Of a stretch of 64,000 nt of DNA, positions 40,943 to 49,910 are shown in pieces. The notes below the pieces were generated by a model, which saw nothing but the letters and a program-made list of their open reading frames with translations, searched no databases and was not told where the DNA came from. The stretch lies in contig JAZDKB010000019.1 of the NCBI GenBank assembly GCA_043803405.1, positions 256,001-320,000 on the forward strand, in the 5' to 3' direction. This DNA is from Spirochaetota bacterium. Its GTDB lineage: Bacteria > Spirochaetota > UBA4802 > JAFGDQ01. Position 1 is the stretch's first letter. Each line of letters begins with the position of its first letter. A program made the translations under genes and the position numbers.

Positions 40943-41860
40943 TTAACTTTTTTTGGATAAATATTTCAGGGGGTCTTCCGGTTTCCCCGAATGGCCTATC
41001 TGAAAATGGAGTTTATTTCCTTCGGTTTTGCCAATACTTTTACCTGCAGAAATTTTTTCACCTTCGCATACTTTTATATCTTTTAAATTAGAATAAATAG
41101 TTAAATATTTATTATTATGCGTTAAAATTATATAATTCCCGAATCCGCGCATATAGCCTACTTTTTTTACGATACCGTCTGCTGATGAAAATACAGTCGT
41201 ATCCGGCTCACTTAAAATAAGTATTCCTATTGACTTTACTCCGTCCAGCCCATCCCTCTTTGTACCATATACATGTTTAATCGGCCAGCAAAAATCAGGA
41301 TTTTTTAATTGAACCTGATTATTTGGTGTGTAACTCGTTTGTTGTTTATCCTCCGGAAATTTTAAAATCATTCCTTCATGAATTTTATCATTATTTTTGA
41401 TATTATTAATTCTGGTTATTTCATTAATATTAGTATTAAATTTTTTAGATAATTTTAATAAACTATCTCCTTTCTTTACTTTATAAAGTATTTTATTGGT
41501 TTTACCCGGTTTATTGGAAATTACAGGTTCTGAAGGGAAGTTTTGTATTTTATCGGAATGAAAAACGTTTTTCAAATTTTCCCTCTTACTGTTGGTTCGA
41601 ATTAAATTTTCTTTATTTAAAGAATTTCTTGAGGGTTTATTTGTTTGTTTCTTATGGGGAAAGTCATCCCTACTAATCATTATTTCCGGAATATCATTAT
41701 CTTCTTCATCTTTATCGGATGACCAGTTATAAAATGAATAATCTGATGATAGATTTGTTTTTTTATTATAATTGTTTTGCTGGCGAATATATTTATCGGG
41801 CGTACATTTTAGCATAATAAATAAAAATATTAATATGAATATATGTTTTTGTCTCGACAT
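40943..41860 (-). CDS. LysM + M23 peptidase-domain lipoprotein (NlpD/EnvC-like)
   Basis: Signal ending ...LKC, YKVKKGDSL LysM, WPI, GFGNYIIL.H and LHFQI. Confidence 0.85.
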   Translation of the reverse strand: MSRQKHIFILIFLFIMLKCTPDKYIRQQNNYNKKTNLSSDYSFYNWSSDKDEEDNDIPEIMISRDDFPHKKQTNKPSRNSLNKENLIRTNSKRENLKNVFHSDKIQNFPSEPVISNKPGKTNKILYKVKKGDSLLKLSKKFNTNINEITRINNIKNNDKIHEGMILKFPEDKQQTSYTPNNQVQLKNPDFCWPIKHVYGTKRDGLDGVKSIGILILSEPDTTVFSSADGIVKKVGYMRGFGNYIILTHNNKYLTIYSNLKDIKVCEGEKISAGKSIGKTEGNKLHFQIGHSGKPEDPLKYLSKKS

Positions 41861-42190
41861 CCGTATTGTCCGTAGAGGATCATATCCGTATGATCCTGAA
41901 TGAAATATAATTTATCAGAAGGAATTATAGAAATATTTCACCTTATCATGTATTTCGGTGTAATCTGGCCGGTAATTGAGCAATTTTTTGCTTCAAGGCC
42001 TTGAAACATAATATCTTTGCTTTTGCGTCGGCCGATACCGAAGGTGGCGGCTGGTACATCGGTACCGGGGGGCTACACCGGGGAATTTTATTTTCTTTTG
42101 ATTTCAGACAGTGACATTTTTTAAGTAATATTTGTTGCTTTTTAAAATAATATGTAATAGATTACGTTTAAAGCATTCCAGAGTAAAAAA

Positions 42191-43318
42191 ATGAAAAGCG
42201 TTAAATTGATAAATAGTAATATTTTTTCCGTTATTACAATATTTTTTGTTTTATTTTCAGCCGGCTTTATTTCGCAGGTAAAGACACTGCATGCGGAAAT
42301 TGCCGCAGAATACTGGACCAGCGATATTCATAAAAATTATATTAGCATAAAAACGACAAAAGGAAAGTTTTATGCATATATTGTTCTTCTGTTTAATGAA
42401 AATCCGCATTTTATTAATTTAATACAGGAAGACAGCATTACTCCCGAAACGCTGCAGAAAGATGGCTTCCATGTAAAGGAATATATTAATTATTTGGACT
42501 CAATAAAAAATACAGATCAAAAAAAGCTCGCGGAGCAAATGCTTAATATTTATCTACATCCGAATAAATTTAAAGAAAAAGCCCTGGAGTCAATACAGGA
42601 AGAACTGACAAAGCATAATGTAATTTTGCGATTTTCGAAAATCAAGACGGCCAGTTCTGAAAAAATAGTTCTGGATTACTGTATTTATGGAAGAAAAGAA
42701 CCAATCAATATTTCCCACCCGCTTTTTGAGACACAGGAAAAATTGTTCAACATACAGCCTTTCATTTATTATGACGAATTTTCCACCAGTAATTCGACCT
42801 TCTATTTCGATATGGTTTATATAAATCCGGATGAAGTAAATAACGATTATCTCATTGCTCAAAATATTATAAGCGGGAAAAATGTCGAGTCGATGTTTTT
42901 TGTCGGCGCAAAAATAAATGACAATATAAAATATTGTATAATACATGCTTTTAATAAATCGGGAAATATTAAAAGCGAAATATTGCATATGTTTATTATT
43001 CATGAAATTACACATAAAATATTGAACAATCATTATAATTATTTTGATCAAATAACGGGCGAGGAACTGGCTCTGCTGAGTACAATTTATCAAAATCCTT
43101 ATCTGGGCTTGTCGGTATTATACAGTTATCTTGATTATAACCGGATAAACTCGCATAGAATCGCCGCGACAAATATTATAAGGTTTATTGCGAACAAAAC
43201 TGCCAAACCCGGATTGGTTGACGATCCTTCCGACCTTAGATTGCTTGGAATAAACGAGGTTAAACGTCTTACCAGGGAACATTTCAATTCAATAATGAGA
43301 AATGTTAAGAATAATTAA
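42191..43318 (+). CDS. Hypothetical exported protein with HExxH motif (possible zinc metallopeptidase)
   Basis: Signal peptide, IIHEITHK followed by a downstream Glu (GEELA). Confidence 0.65.
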   Translation: MKSVKLINSNIFSVITIFFVLFSAGFISQVKTLHAEIAAEYWTSDIHKNYISIKTTKGKFYAYIVLLFNENPHFINLIQEDSITPETLQKDGFHVKEYINYLDSIKNTDQKKLAEQMLNIYLHPNKFKEKALESIQEELTKHNVILRFSKIKTASSEKIVLDYCIYGRKEPINISHPLFETQEKLFNIQPFIYYDEFSTSNSTFYFDMVYINPDEVNNDYLIAQNIISGKNVESMFFVGAKINDNIKYCIIHAFNKSGNIKSEILHMFIIHEITHKILNNHYNYFDQITGEELALLSTIYQNPYLGLSVLYSYLDYNRINSHRIAATNIIRFIANKTAKPGLVDDPSDLRLLGINEVKRLTREHFNSIMRNVKNN

Positions 43319-44415
43319 AAATGCAGGTGGATCGGATTTTGAAGATTCATACTGTTGAAATCTTTTTCAAATACTCCTGTAATAGCATTGATCTTTAGCT
43401 CATTCTCAATTTTTGATGTATCCCCGGACTTGCTAAAAAGAATCTCTTCAATTTTTTTCCATATATCAGCTATCCGTTCACAGGAGATAAACAGCAAGTC
43501 TTTCACGGATTCATAGTGTAGTCCGCTTGAACCGGTAGGGTGGAACCATCTCTCTTTATGAAGATTCAATACGTGAGTATTCAATTTGCCCGACGGCGGA
43601 TACTTTATTAGATAGTCAGAATAAAATAGTTTTTTCTTTTTTATGTAGTTAATTATTTTAATAAGCTGTGGATTCCTGCTATTTTTTATTTTAAAAGAAA
43701 ATTTAATAAAAATCGGTATTAAATTCATAATAAAAATTGCAGGCAATATTTCATTATCTTTTTGTTTGATTATTATTAACTTGTTGTAAGTTTCGGGGTG
43801 AGCTTCTTTTATTGAATTTAAAAGAAAAGTTTTAATCGGATGTTCCACCTGCTGCAGACCGTATTTTTCCCATTCCGGAAGCATGTCGTCTAAATTAAAA
43901 TCGTATGGATTTTTATTATAATCGCCGTCAAACGGCTGGCTGAAAAAAACATCCAGATTATTTTCCAATAAAAGATGCTGTTCCCTGAAATATTTCTGTT
44001 CAGCTTTATTACCTGAAGTGGTAAAGCCGGACCAGTAATAAATGTAAGGATTAAAGAATGAATCCGAGATTAAATGCGATATCAGCCCGTATAGATATGC
44101 ACGTTGATTGGATGCCCATTCATTATTCTGATCTTTGTAGGATATCAATGTAAATAGCATTGATTTTAATAATTTTTCATTTTGATTGGAGTGAAGCTCG
44201 TATGAAATTTCACTTCCGCTGATATAATTATTTTTTTTGAATGGCAGATAAGCGAAAATATTGGGGCCAAGAGCTCCGAAAAGGCCGGCTTTTTTGAAAT
44301 TTTTAGATTTGAAAAGAATCTCAATGGATTTTGAGTAAATATTACTATGTTTTTCTTTTTTTAGAAAATTAATTGATTCATAAAACACTCTGCTGTGAGT
44401 AATAATTCCAGGCAT
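43315..44415 (-). CDS. Zinc-dependent phospholipase C family protein
   Basis: MPGIITH, GALGPN, YLYG.ISH..SD and H..LE..LD pattern. Confidence 0.7.
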   Translation of the reverse strand: MPGIITHSRVFYESINFLKKEKHSNIYSKSIEILFKSKNFKKAGLFGALGPNIFAYLPFKKNNYISGSEISYELHSNQNEKLLKSMLFTLISYKDQNNEWASNQRAYLYGLISHLISDSFFNPYIYYWSGFTTSGNKAEQKYFREQHLLLENNLDVFFSQPFDGDYNKNPYDFNLDDMLPEWEKYGLQQVEHPIKTFLLNSIKEAHPETYNKLIIIKQKDNEILPAIFIMNLIPIFIKFSFKIKNSRNPQLIKIINYIKKKKLFYSDYLIKYPPSGKLNTHVLNLHKERWFHPTGSSGLHYESVKDLLFISCERIADIWKKIEEILFSKSGDTSKIENELKINAITGVFEKDFNSMNLQNPIHLHF

Positions 44416-44667
44416 TGTTTACCTTGTAATGCTAGTATTAATGAATAATTAATACTATTGTATTTCTTCGGATTGTCAACAAAATATCAATTTAAACATT
44501 TTTTTCAGAAACTGAAAAAAATTCAAAAGCAGACTATTCATATCAAAAATTATCCATATTTTTAAATAATCATATATAATCATCTATAATTGTTAATATT
44601 TGCCCTTAATTCGTTCACCAAAGGGGACGAAAAGACGTATATGGAAGAGTGTTTCCATGTCTTAAAG

Positions 44668-44680
44668 GTTCTTTGAAAAC
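44668..44680 (+). promoter_or_regulatory. rRNA-type boxA antitermination motif upstream of the first flagellin
   Basis: GTTCTTTGAAAAC, preceded by hairpin 44639-44660. Confidence 0.65.
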
Positions 44681-44849
44681 GCTGGGGTAATGATTTGCCT
44701 GTTTAAGCAACATGTACTTTTGTTATTTCTATTCCAGTCTTGTATTGCCCATAAATAAGCCTGGAAGGGCTGACATATTCCGGCTGTTTGTAAACAGTCG
44801 TTATGTTGGTAAAGACGACCGGTTCTTTCCTGCCCTTGAGAGTCCGGTT

Positions 44850-44880
44850 GGCAAGGAAGCCTTCAAATAACAAAGGAGTG
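44850..44880 (+). promoter_or_regulatory. CsrA-type binding sites in the flagellin leader
   Basis: GGC-AAGGAA-GCC hairpin plus AAAGGAG overlapping the SD. Confidence 0.6.
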
Positions 44881-44884
44881 TAAA

Positions 44885-45733
44885 ATGATAATAAATCACA
44901 ACATGAGTGCAGTAAATGCAAACAGGGCGTTAAAGTTCACGCACTGGGAAGTTAACAAAAGCATGGAGAAGCTTGCATCAGGTGAACGCATCAATAAAGC
45001 CGGCGACGATGCTTCCGGATTAGCTGTTTCGGAGAAAATGAGAACCCAGATTCAGGGTTTAAGGCAGGCTGAAAGAAATACGGAAGACGGTATGTCTTTT
45101 GTACAGACTGCGGAAGGTTATTTGAATCAATCTGCTCAGATTATTCAACGAATCCGCGTTCTCTCTGTTCAGGCTGCAAACGGGATTTATTCTCCTGAAG
45201 ACAGACAGATAATCCAGGTGGAAGTATCTGCGCTGGTAGATGAAGTTGACCGGATTGCTTCACAGGCCGAGTTTAACAGGTTTAAAGTCCTAACCGGTGA
45301 ATTCTCAAGGATCAATGCCAAGGCTAGCATGTGGTTCCATCTTGGTCCCAATATGAATCAGCGCGAGCGGGTTTATATCGGCACTATGACTGCCCAGGCA
45401 TTCAGATTCAGGGATGTTTCGGGTAGAATAGCTATATCACTGTCGACTCCTGACGGCGCTAACAAATCTATTGGGATAATGGATGCAAGTCTGCAAAAGC
45501 TTGCTAAACAAAGAGCCGACCTTGGAGCTTACTATAATAGGCTTGAGATGACATCAAAAGGACTAATGACCGCCTATGAAAATACTCAGGCAGCTGAGTC
45601 CAGGATTAGGGATGCCGATATGGCAGAGACAATGGTTGATTTTACAAGAAGTAATGTTCTTGTAAATACAGGTACTGCCATGCTGGCCCAGGCAAATTTA
45701 CAACCCCAGTCAGTATTAAGATTATTAGGATAA
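44885..45733 (+). CDS. flaB: Flagellar filament core protein (spirochaetal FlaB type)
   Basis: [30 protein letters not shown] and SRIRDADMA. Confidence 0.96.
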   Translation: MIINHNMSAVNANRALKFTHWEVNKSMEKLASGERINKAGDDASGLAVSEKMRTQIQGLRQAERNTEDGMSFVQTAEGYLNQSAQIIQRIRVLSVQAANGIYSPEDRQIIQVEVSALVDEVDRIASQAEFNRFKVLTGEFSRINAKASMWFHLGPNMNQRERVYIGTMTAQAFRFRDVSGRIAISLSTPDGANKSIGIMDASLQKLAKQRADLGAYYNRLEMTSKGLMTAYENTQAAESRIRDADMAETMVDFTRSNVLVNTGTAMLAQANLQPQSVLRLLG

Positions 45734-45757
45734 AATAATTTTAATACCAGCTTATTT

Positions 45758-45770
45758 GTTCTTTGAAAAC
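45758..45770 (+). promoter_or_regulatory. Second boxA motif, upstream of the second flagellin
   Basis: GTTCTTTGAAAAC, identical to 44668-44680. Confidence 0.65.
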
Positions 45771-45798
45771 TATTTTAGGTTCTCACTTTCCTTCCTGT

Positions 45799-46022
45799 TC
45801 GCCGGGGAAACCCGGCGATCACCGGCTGTTCCGGCAGTTGGTGATGTCGGAGGGCATCACTGGCTGCCGGAACAATCCGGCGCCGGTGTTGTCTGAATAA
45901 TGGGCAGTTCGGACTGCACCATAAGGAGTAAACCTTTGATCTGTTTAATATGGATCCGGTTTCTGCGCAAGCGGAAGCCAGAAAAATCCTGAACCGTTTA
46001 TACAAACTAAAAAGAAACGGTT
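45799..46022 (+). ncRNA. Candidate structured RNA / leader between the two flagellins
   Basis: Five hairpins including GAAA and GCAA tetraloops and a 22-bp stem whose only non-Watson-Crick pairs are G-U on the + strand. Confidence 0.55.
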
Positions 46023-46057
46023 TTGCATTAAACAACCACAGGGAGGGAAAGTTTAAT

Positions 46058-46903
46058 ATGAGAATCAATCATAATATGAGTGCCATATTCGCAAATCGGC
46101 AGCTTAAATTTATTGCTGTGAATCTGGGTAAGTCAATTGAGAAGCTGGCATCCGGTGAAAGGATAAATACGGCTGGTGACGATGCTTCTGGTCTGGCTGT
46201 ATCTGAAAAGATGCGGACTCAGATAAACGGCCTGTTCCAGGCTGAAAAGAACGCTCAGAACGGGCTTTCTTTTGTACAGGTCGCAGAAGGATCACTTCAT
46301 CAGCTTAATGATATCCTTCAGAGAGTGCGGATGCTTTCGGTCCAGGCTGCTAATGGAATTTATTCTAATGCCGACAGACAGCAGCTTCAGGTGGAAGTCT
46401 CGCAGTTGATAGATGAGGTTGACAGGATTTCAACCTCGTCGGAATTCAACAGATTGAAAATGCTTACCGGGCGCTATTCCAGAGGGAGTAAAATCGGCAG
46501 TATGTTCTTTCACGTGGGGCCAAACCAGGATCAGCGGATCAAAGCTTTTATTGCAACAATGAGCGCAAAGTCCCTTAATCTTATTGAGGCGGGAGACCGT
46601 AAGCGTTCTATTTCAACTGTCGGAAATGCAAACGCCATGATTGGATATGTCGATGTAGCTTTAAACAAGCTTAATCGGCAAAGGGCAGATCTGGGCGCGT
46701 ATTACAACAGGATGGAGAATACAATAATGGCGCTTACCAGGAATTACGAAAATATGGTAGCGGCCGATTCCCGCATAAGGGATACGGATATGGCTTCAGA
46801 GTTGATTGAGTTTACAAAGAACCAGATTCTTTTGCAGAGTAGTACTTCGATGTTGGCACAGGCTAATTTAATGCCTAAAACAGTCCTGGAACTACTTAAA
46901 TAA
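46058..46903 (+). CDS. flaB: Second FlaB-type flagellin
   Basis: MRINHN start at ATG 46058 (SD GGAGG), [14 protein letters not shown] and SRIRDTDMA. Confidence 0.95.
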   Translation: MRINHNMSAIFANRQLKFIAVNLGKSIEKLASGERINTAGDDASGLAVSEKMRTQINGLFQAEKNAQNGLSFVQVAEGSLHQLNDILQRVRMLSVQAANGIYSNADRQQLQVEVSQLIDEVDRISTSSEFNRLKMLTGRYSRGSKIGSMFFHVGPNQDQRIKAFIATMSAKSLNLIEAGDRKRSISTVGNANAMIGYVDVALNKLNRQRADLGAYYNRMENTIMALTRNYENMVAADSRIRDTDMASELIEFTKNQILLQSSTSMLAQANLMPKTVLELLK

Positions 46904-46943
46904 GAATCTTTAGGATGCAGATCAACTCTGCAGCGGAGTTGAT

Positions 46944-46987
46944 TTTCTCCTCTCTGGGATTTTTTTAGAGAGGAGAAACTTTTTTTT
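46944..46987 (+). terminator. Intrinsic terminator after the second flagellin
   Basis: TTTCTCCTCTCT...AGAGAGGAGAAA followed by a T run; a second hairpin lies at 46920-46944. Confidence 0.75.
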
Positions 46988-47004
46988 AAAGAAGGAGGTT
47001 ATAT

Positions 47005-47067
47005 ATGCGGTTATTTGGAATTTTATTTTCAATTGCCGCTTACATGGAGGTAGTTTATGGACATTAA
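47005..47067 (+). CDS. Candidate 20-aa upstream ORF overlapping the flaG start (MRLFGILFSIAAYMEVVYGH)
   Basis: Perfect SD AAGGAGG 6 nt before the ATG. Confidence 0.35.
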   Translation: MRLFGILFSIAAYMEVVYGH

Positions 47068-47407
47068 TAATGTAATTGCAAACAAAATTGACAACATTTC
47101 ACAATCAAGAATTGGGAATGTTAAAAACCAGACAGAACACATTTCATCGGAAAATGTAAAGCTGGGAAGAGATCTAAAATTGACTAAGGAAAATACTGAC
47201 AATTTAATTGATACTCTTAACTCGGCGGCTAAATCCGTCAATCAGAGGGTGAGCTTCAGCTTTAGTGATAAAACCAACAGGGTTATTATGAAATTCCTTG
47301 ATGGCGATACAAATGAAGTTGTAAGGGAGATTCCTCAAAAAGAAATGATCAGACTGTTGGAACATATGCACGAGTTAATCGGCATGTTTGTTGATGAATC
47401 CCGTTAG
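47057..47407 (+). CDS. flaG: Flagellar protein FlaG
   Basis: F......RVI.K..D..T.EVVREIP..E...L...G..VDE pattern; lies between flagellin and fliD. Confidence 0.88.
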   Translation: MDINNVIANKIDNISQSRIGNVKNQTEHISSENVKLGRDLKLTKENTDNLIDTLNSAAKSVNQRVSFSFSDKTNRVIMKFLDGDTNEVVREIPQKEMIRLLEHMHELIGMFVDESR

Positions 47408-47488
47408 GGATCATCCGGATAAGGATTTATTATAGATCTTATTTATTCTATCGTGGACAAAATAGCCTTTTGTTTTGACGTGACAGCT

Positions 47489-47541
47489 ATATACTCATCC
47501 TGAATGCATTTTAAAATAAAAGTCAATCAGGGTGAGTATAT
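47489..47541. repeat. Minimal member of the ACTCATC palindromic repeat family
   Basis: ATATACTCATCCTGA...AAAAGTCAATCAGGGTGAGTATAT inverted repeat. Confidence 0.55.
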
Positions 47542-47763
47542 TAATATGATAAAAACTTCCTTAAATATCCTGCCATTCTTCTCAATCGAATCTAAAAAAA
47601 ACATATTATGTCATATTTTTTTGTATTTTTGCTCAGTAATTTTATTATCTAATTCTGCTATTTTACCGATAATATATTGAAATATTTTGTGATTTAATTT
47701 ATATTAAAATGAACTTATTGAAGCCTTGTTGTAATTAAAATAACAAATAATTGGGATAAAATT

Positions 47764-49788
47764 ATGCCGGTCACTATGGGCGGTTTGGCCTCCGGGCTGG
47801 ATACGGATAATATAATTCAGAAACTTGTTGAAGTTGAGGCAAGACCCATACATCAATGGACTGGTGAAAGAGAGAATTCCAGGAAAAGAAAAGATGCATT
47901 AGGAGATTTAAAAACCAACCTGGTAAAACTGAATGAGTCTGCAAAAGATCTTTACGGATACAGGGCTTCTTTTAATGATAAGAAGGCCATTTCTTCCAAT
48001 CAAAGCATTGTTGAAGCTTCGGCGAATAAAATTGCCGAAAAAGGCATCAAAGAATTAAAAGTAAAAGAGCTTGCTTCGAATAATAAAATTTCAACTGATA
48101 AAATCGGTAAAGATGAAAAGCTTCCTGCCGGTAAATTTAAAATTACTGTTAACGGCGAATCGCAGTCAGTAAATTTTAAAGGCGGAACGCTGGAAAAGCT
48201 TCGCGACAGAATTACAGAAGTTGCTGCTGAAATTATATCTCCAACCTACGTTAAAACAGACAGTAATAATTACATCATGACTATAGAATCGAAAACACCT
48301 GGTAAAAAAGGTGAAATTATTCTGACCGGCGATAAGGATTTACTAAAAAAGATCGGTTTGGTAACCGGCGAGAAAGGAGAGAATCAGGAAAAGACAAAGC
48401 TGATTTTCGATAGAAAATTTTTTAAAACATACAGCGGCATCAAAGAAATACCAAAGGAAGACGGCAGTATGGAAGTAGCTCAGGACGGCAATTCAATTAA
48501 GATTGAGGGAATTCTTTGGAGAGAATATGAACTTCCAATAGCCGCACCAATAAAAAAAGATACGGTACTTGAATTAAATATCGATTATCAGAAGGAAGTT
48601 GTTGAAGAGGATACCACTCCGTATCGCGTGGAAATCGGGCCGGCTGAGGAAGTAACCATTAAAGGTATAAAGCTGAAAGGTTATAATGTTTCCAGGATCA
48701 GGCAGATTGAGAAATCGGATGATAAAAAGAAAACTCCTGATGTGCTTGGTATCGGTGTTGTCGTAATGGAGAATGATAAACGAACGGAAAAAATATATGA
48801 ACGCGGGCCGGACGTTAAAGGGAAGCAGATTCTTCCTGTAGGCAATGATTTTGACGGTAAGACAATATCAAAAATTATTTTTTACTGCAACGAGGGAGCT
48901 GCTAAATTTTCGGCCGCAAATATTCTGACTCCTCTAAAAGGAACAGGAATTCTGGAAGCAAAGAACGTGATTAAAAATGCTGCGGATGCAAAAATTGAGA
49001 TCGATGGCGTTGAAATAGTCAGGGATAAAAATAATAATTTGAATGATGTTATTAAAGGCGTTGATTTAAATTTAAAGAGAAGTTCTGCTGATCCTGTAAC
49101 AATAACAATTGAGCCCGATATCGATAAAGCCATTGATAAGATAAAAAAATTCGTAAAAGCTTATAATGACTATCTGGATTTAAATATAAAACTAACAAAA
49201 ACAGCTAAGATTTTGAAACCGGATAATTTTGCAAAGTCAAAAGATGAAATGGGTCTATTTATCGGGGATATGACGATTTTAAGGCTGGAAAATTCTTTAA
49301 AGACCGCTGTCGGCGAATCTTATCCGTCAAGACTTGATAATCCGATCAGGATACTTGTGCAAACCGGAGTGTCTACAGGCGCAATTAATTCTGAGTGGGA
49401 ATCAATTAAAGAAGGCAAACTTGTAGTTGACGAGACAAAACTGCGGACCACAATTGACGCAAATCCTGAGGGCATAACAGAATTCTTCGGATCAGATACG
49501 GACGGTGATAACAGAATAGATAACGGCATGGCCTTCAGGGTTGAGAGCCTGCTAAAACCGTACATAATGTCGGGCAGAAGCGTCATTGCCGCCAAGGTCG
49601 ATCAGGAAAATGAATCGATAAAAAGCGTGGATAGCAGAATAGACAGACATAAAGAGCACTTAAAAAAATACGAGGAAAAGCTTAGAACTAAATTTGCTTC
49701 TATGGAAAAATCCGTTTCGGATTCCAAAGCACAGGGCAGTTGGATGAAGATGAACCTGGGCATTCAGGATTCTGACGGTAAAAAATAA
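47764..49788 (+). CDS. fliD: Flagellar filament capping protein
   Basis: GLASGLDT..II.KL..E..P, N.LNDVIKGV, IKKFV.AYN and L..KF..ME. Confidence 0.93.
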   Translation: MPVTMGGLASGLDTDNIIQKLVEVEARPIHQWTGERENSRKRKDALGDLKTNLVKLNESAKDLYGYRASFNDKKAISSNQSIVEASANKIAEKGIKELKVKELASNNKISTDKIGKDEKLPAGKFKITVNGESQSVNFKGGTLEKLRDRITEVAAEIISPTYVKTDSNNYIMTIESKTPGKKGEIILTGDKDLLKKIGLVTGEKGENQEKTKLIFDRKFFKTYSGIKEIPKEDGSMEVAQDGNSIKIEGILWREYELPIAAPIKKDTVLELNIDYQKEVVEEDTTPYRVEIGPAEEVTIKGIKLKGYNVSRIRQIEKSDDKKKTPDVLGIGVVVMENDKRTEKIYERGPDVKGKQILPVGNDFDGKTISKIIFYCNEGAAKFSAANILTPLKGTGILEAKNVIKNAADAKIEIDGVEIVRDKNNNLNDVIKGVDLNLKRSSADPVTITIEPDIDKAIDKIKKFVKAYNDYLDLNIKLTKTAKILKPDNFAKSKDEMGLFIGDMTILRLENSLKTAVGESYPSRLDNPIRILVQTGVSTGAINSEWESIKEGKLVVDETKLRTTIDANPEGITEFFGSDTDGDNRIDNGMAFRVESLLKPYIMSGRSVIAAKVDQENESIKSVDSRIDRHKEHLKKYEEKLRTKFASMEKSVSDSKAQGSWMKMNLGIQDSDGKK

Positions 49789-49796
49789 TTGATTAC

Positions 49797-49842
49797 TATT
49801 GTCCCGTATTACGATCTCACAGCAGGTTTTGGGACACACTCT
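49797..49842. repeat. 46-bp dispersed repeat, subfamily C copy 2
   Basis: 40/46 identical to 29887-29932. Confidence 0.75.
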
Positions 49843-49910
49843 TGAATAAATGACACATCGTAAAAGTTGTAGTTGTATTTTTGATAAATTTAAATTTGCA
49901 GCGAGGTAAT

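Noticed and set aside
42015..42060. c-di-GMP-I riboswitch on the minus strand (GACGCAAAAGC)
   Set aside because: Lacks the GGCAAA/GNRA P2 and a recognisable P3.
45950..46057. 36-aa N-terminal extension of the second flagellin in the ORF track
   Set aside because: Homology starts at MRINHN (ATG 46058) with its own SD; the extension runs through the hairpin region.
47646..47672. Sigma28 promoter before fliD (ACCGATAA)
   Set aside because: Plausible by context, but only the -10 matches; there is no convincing -35.
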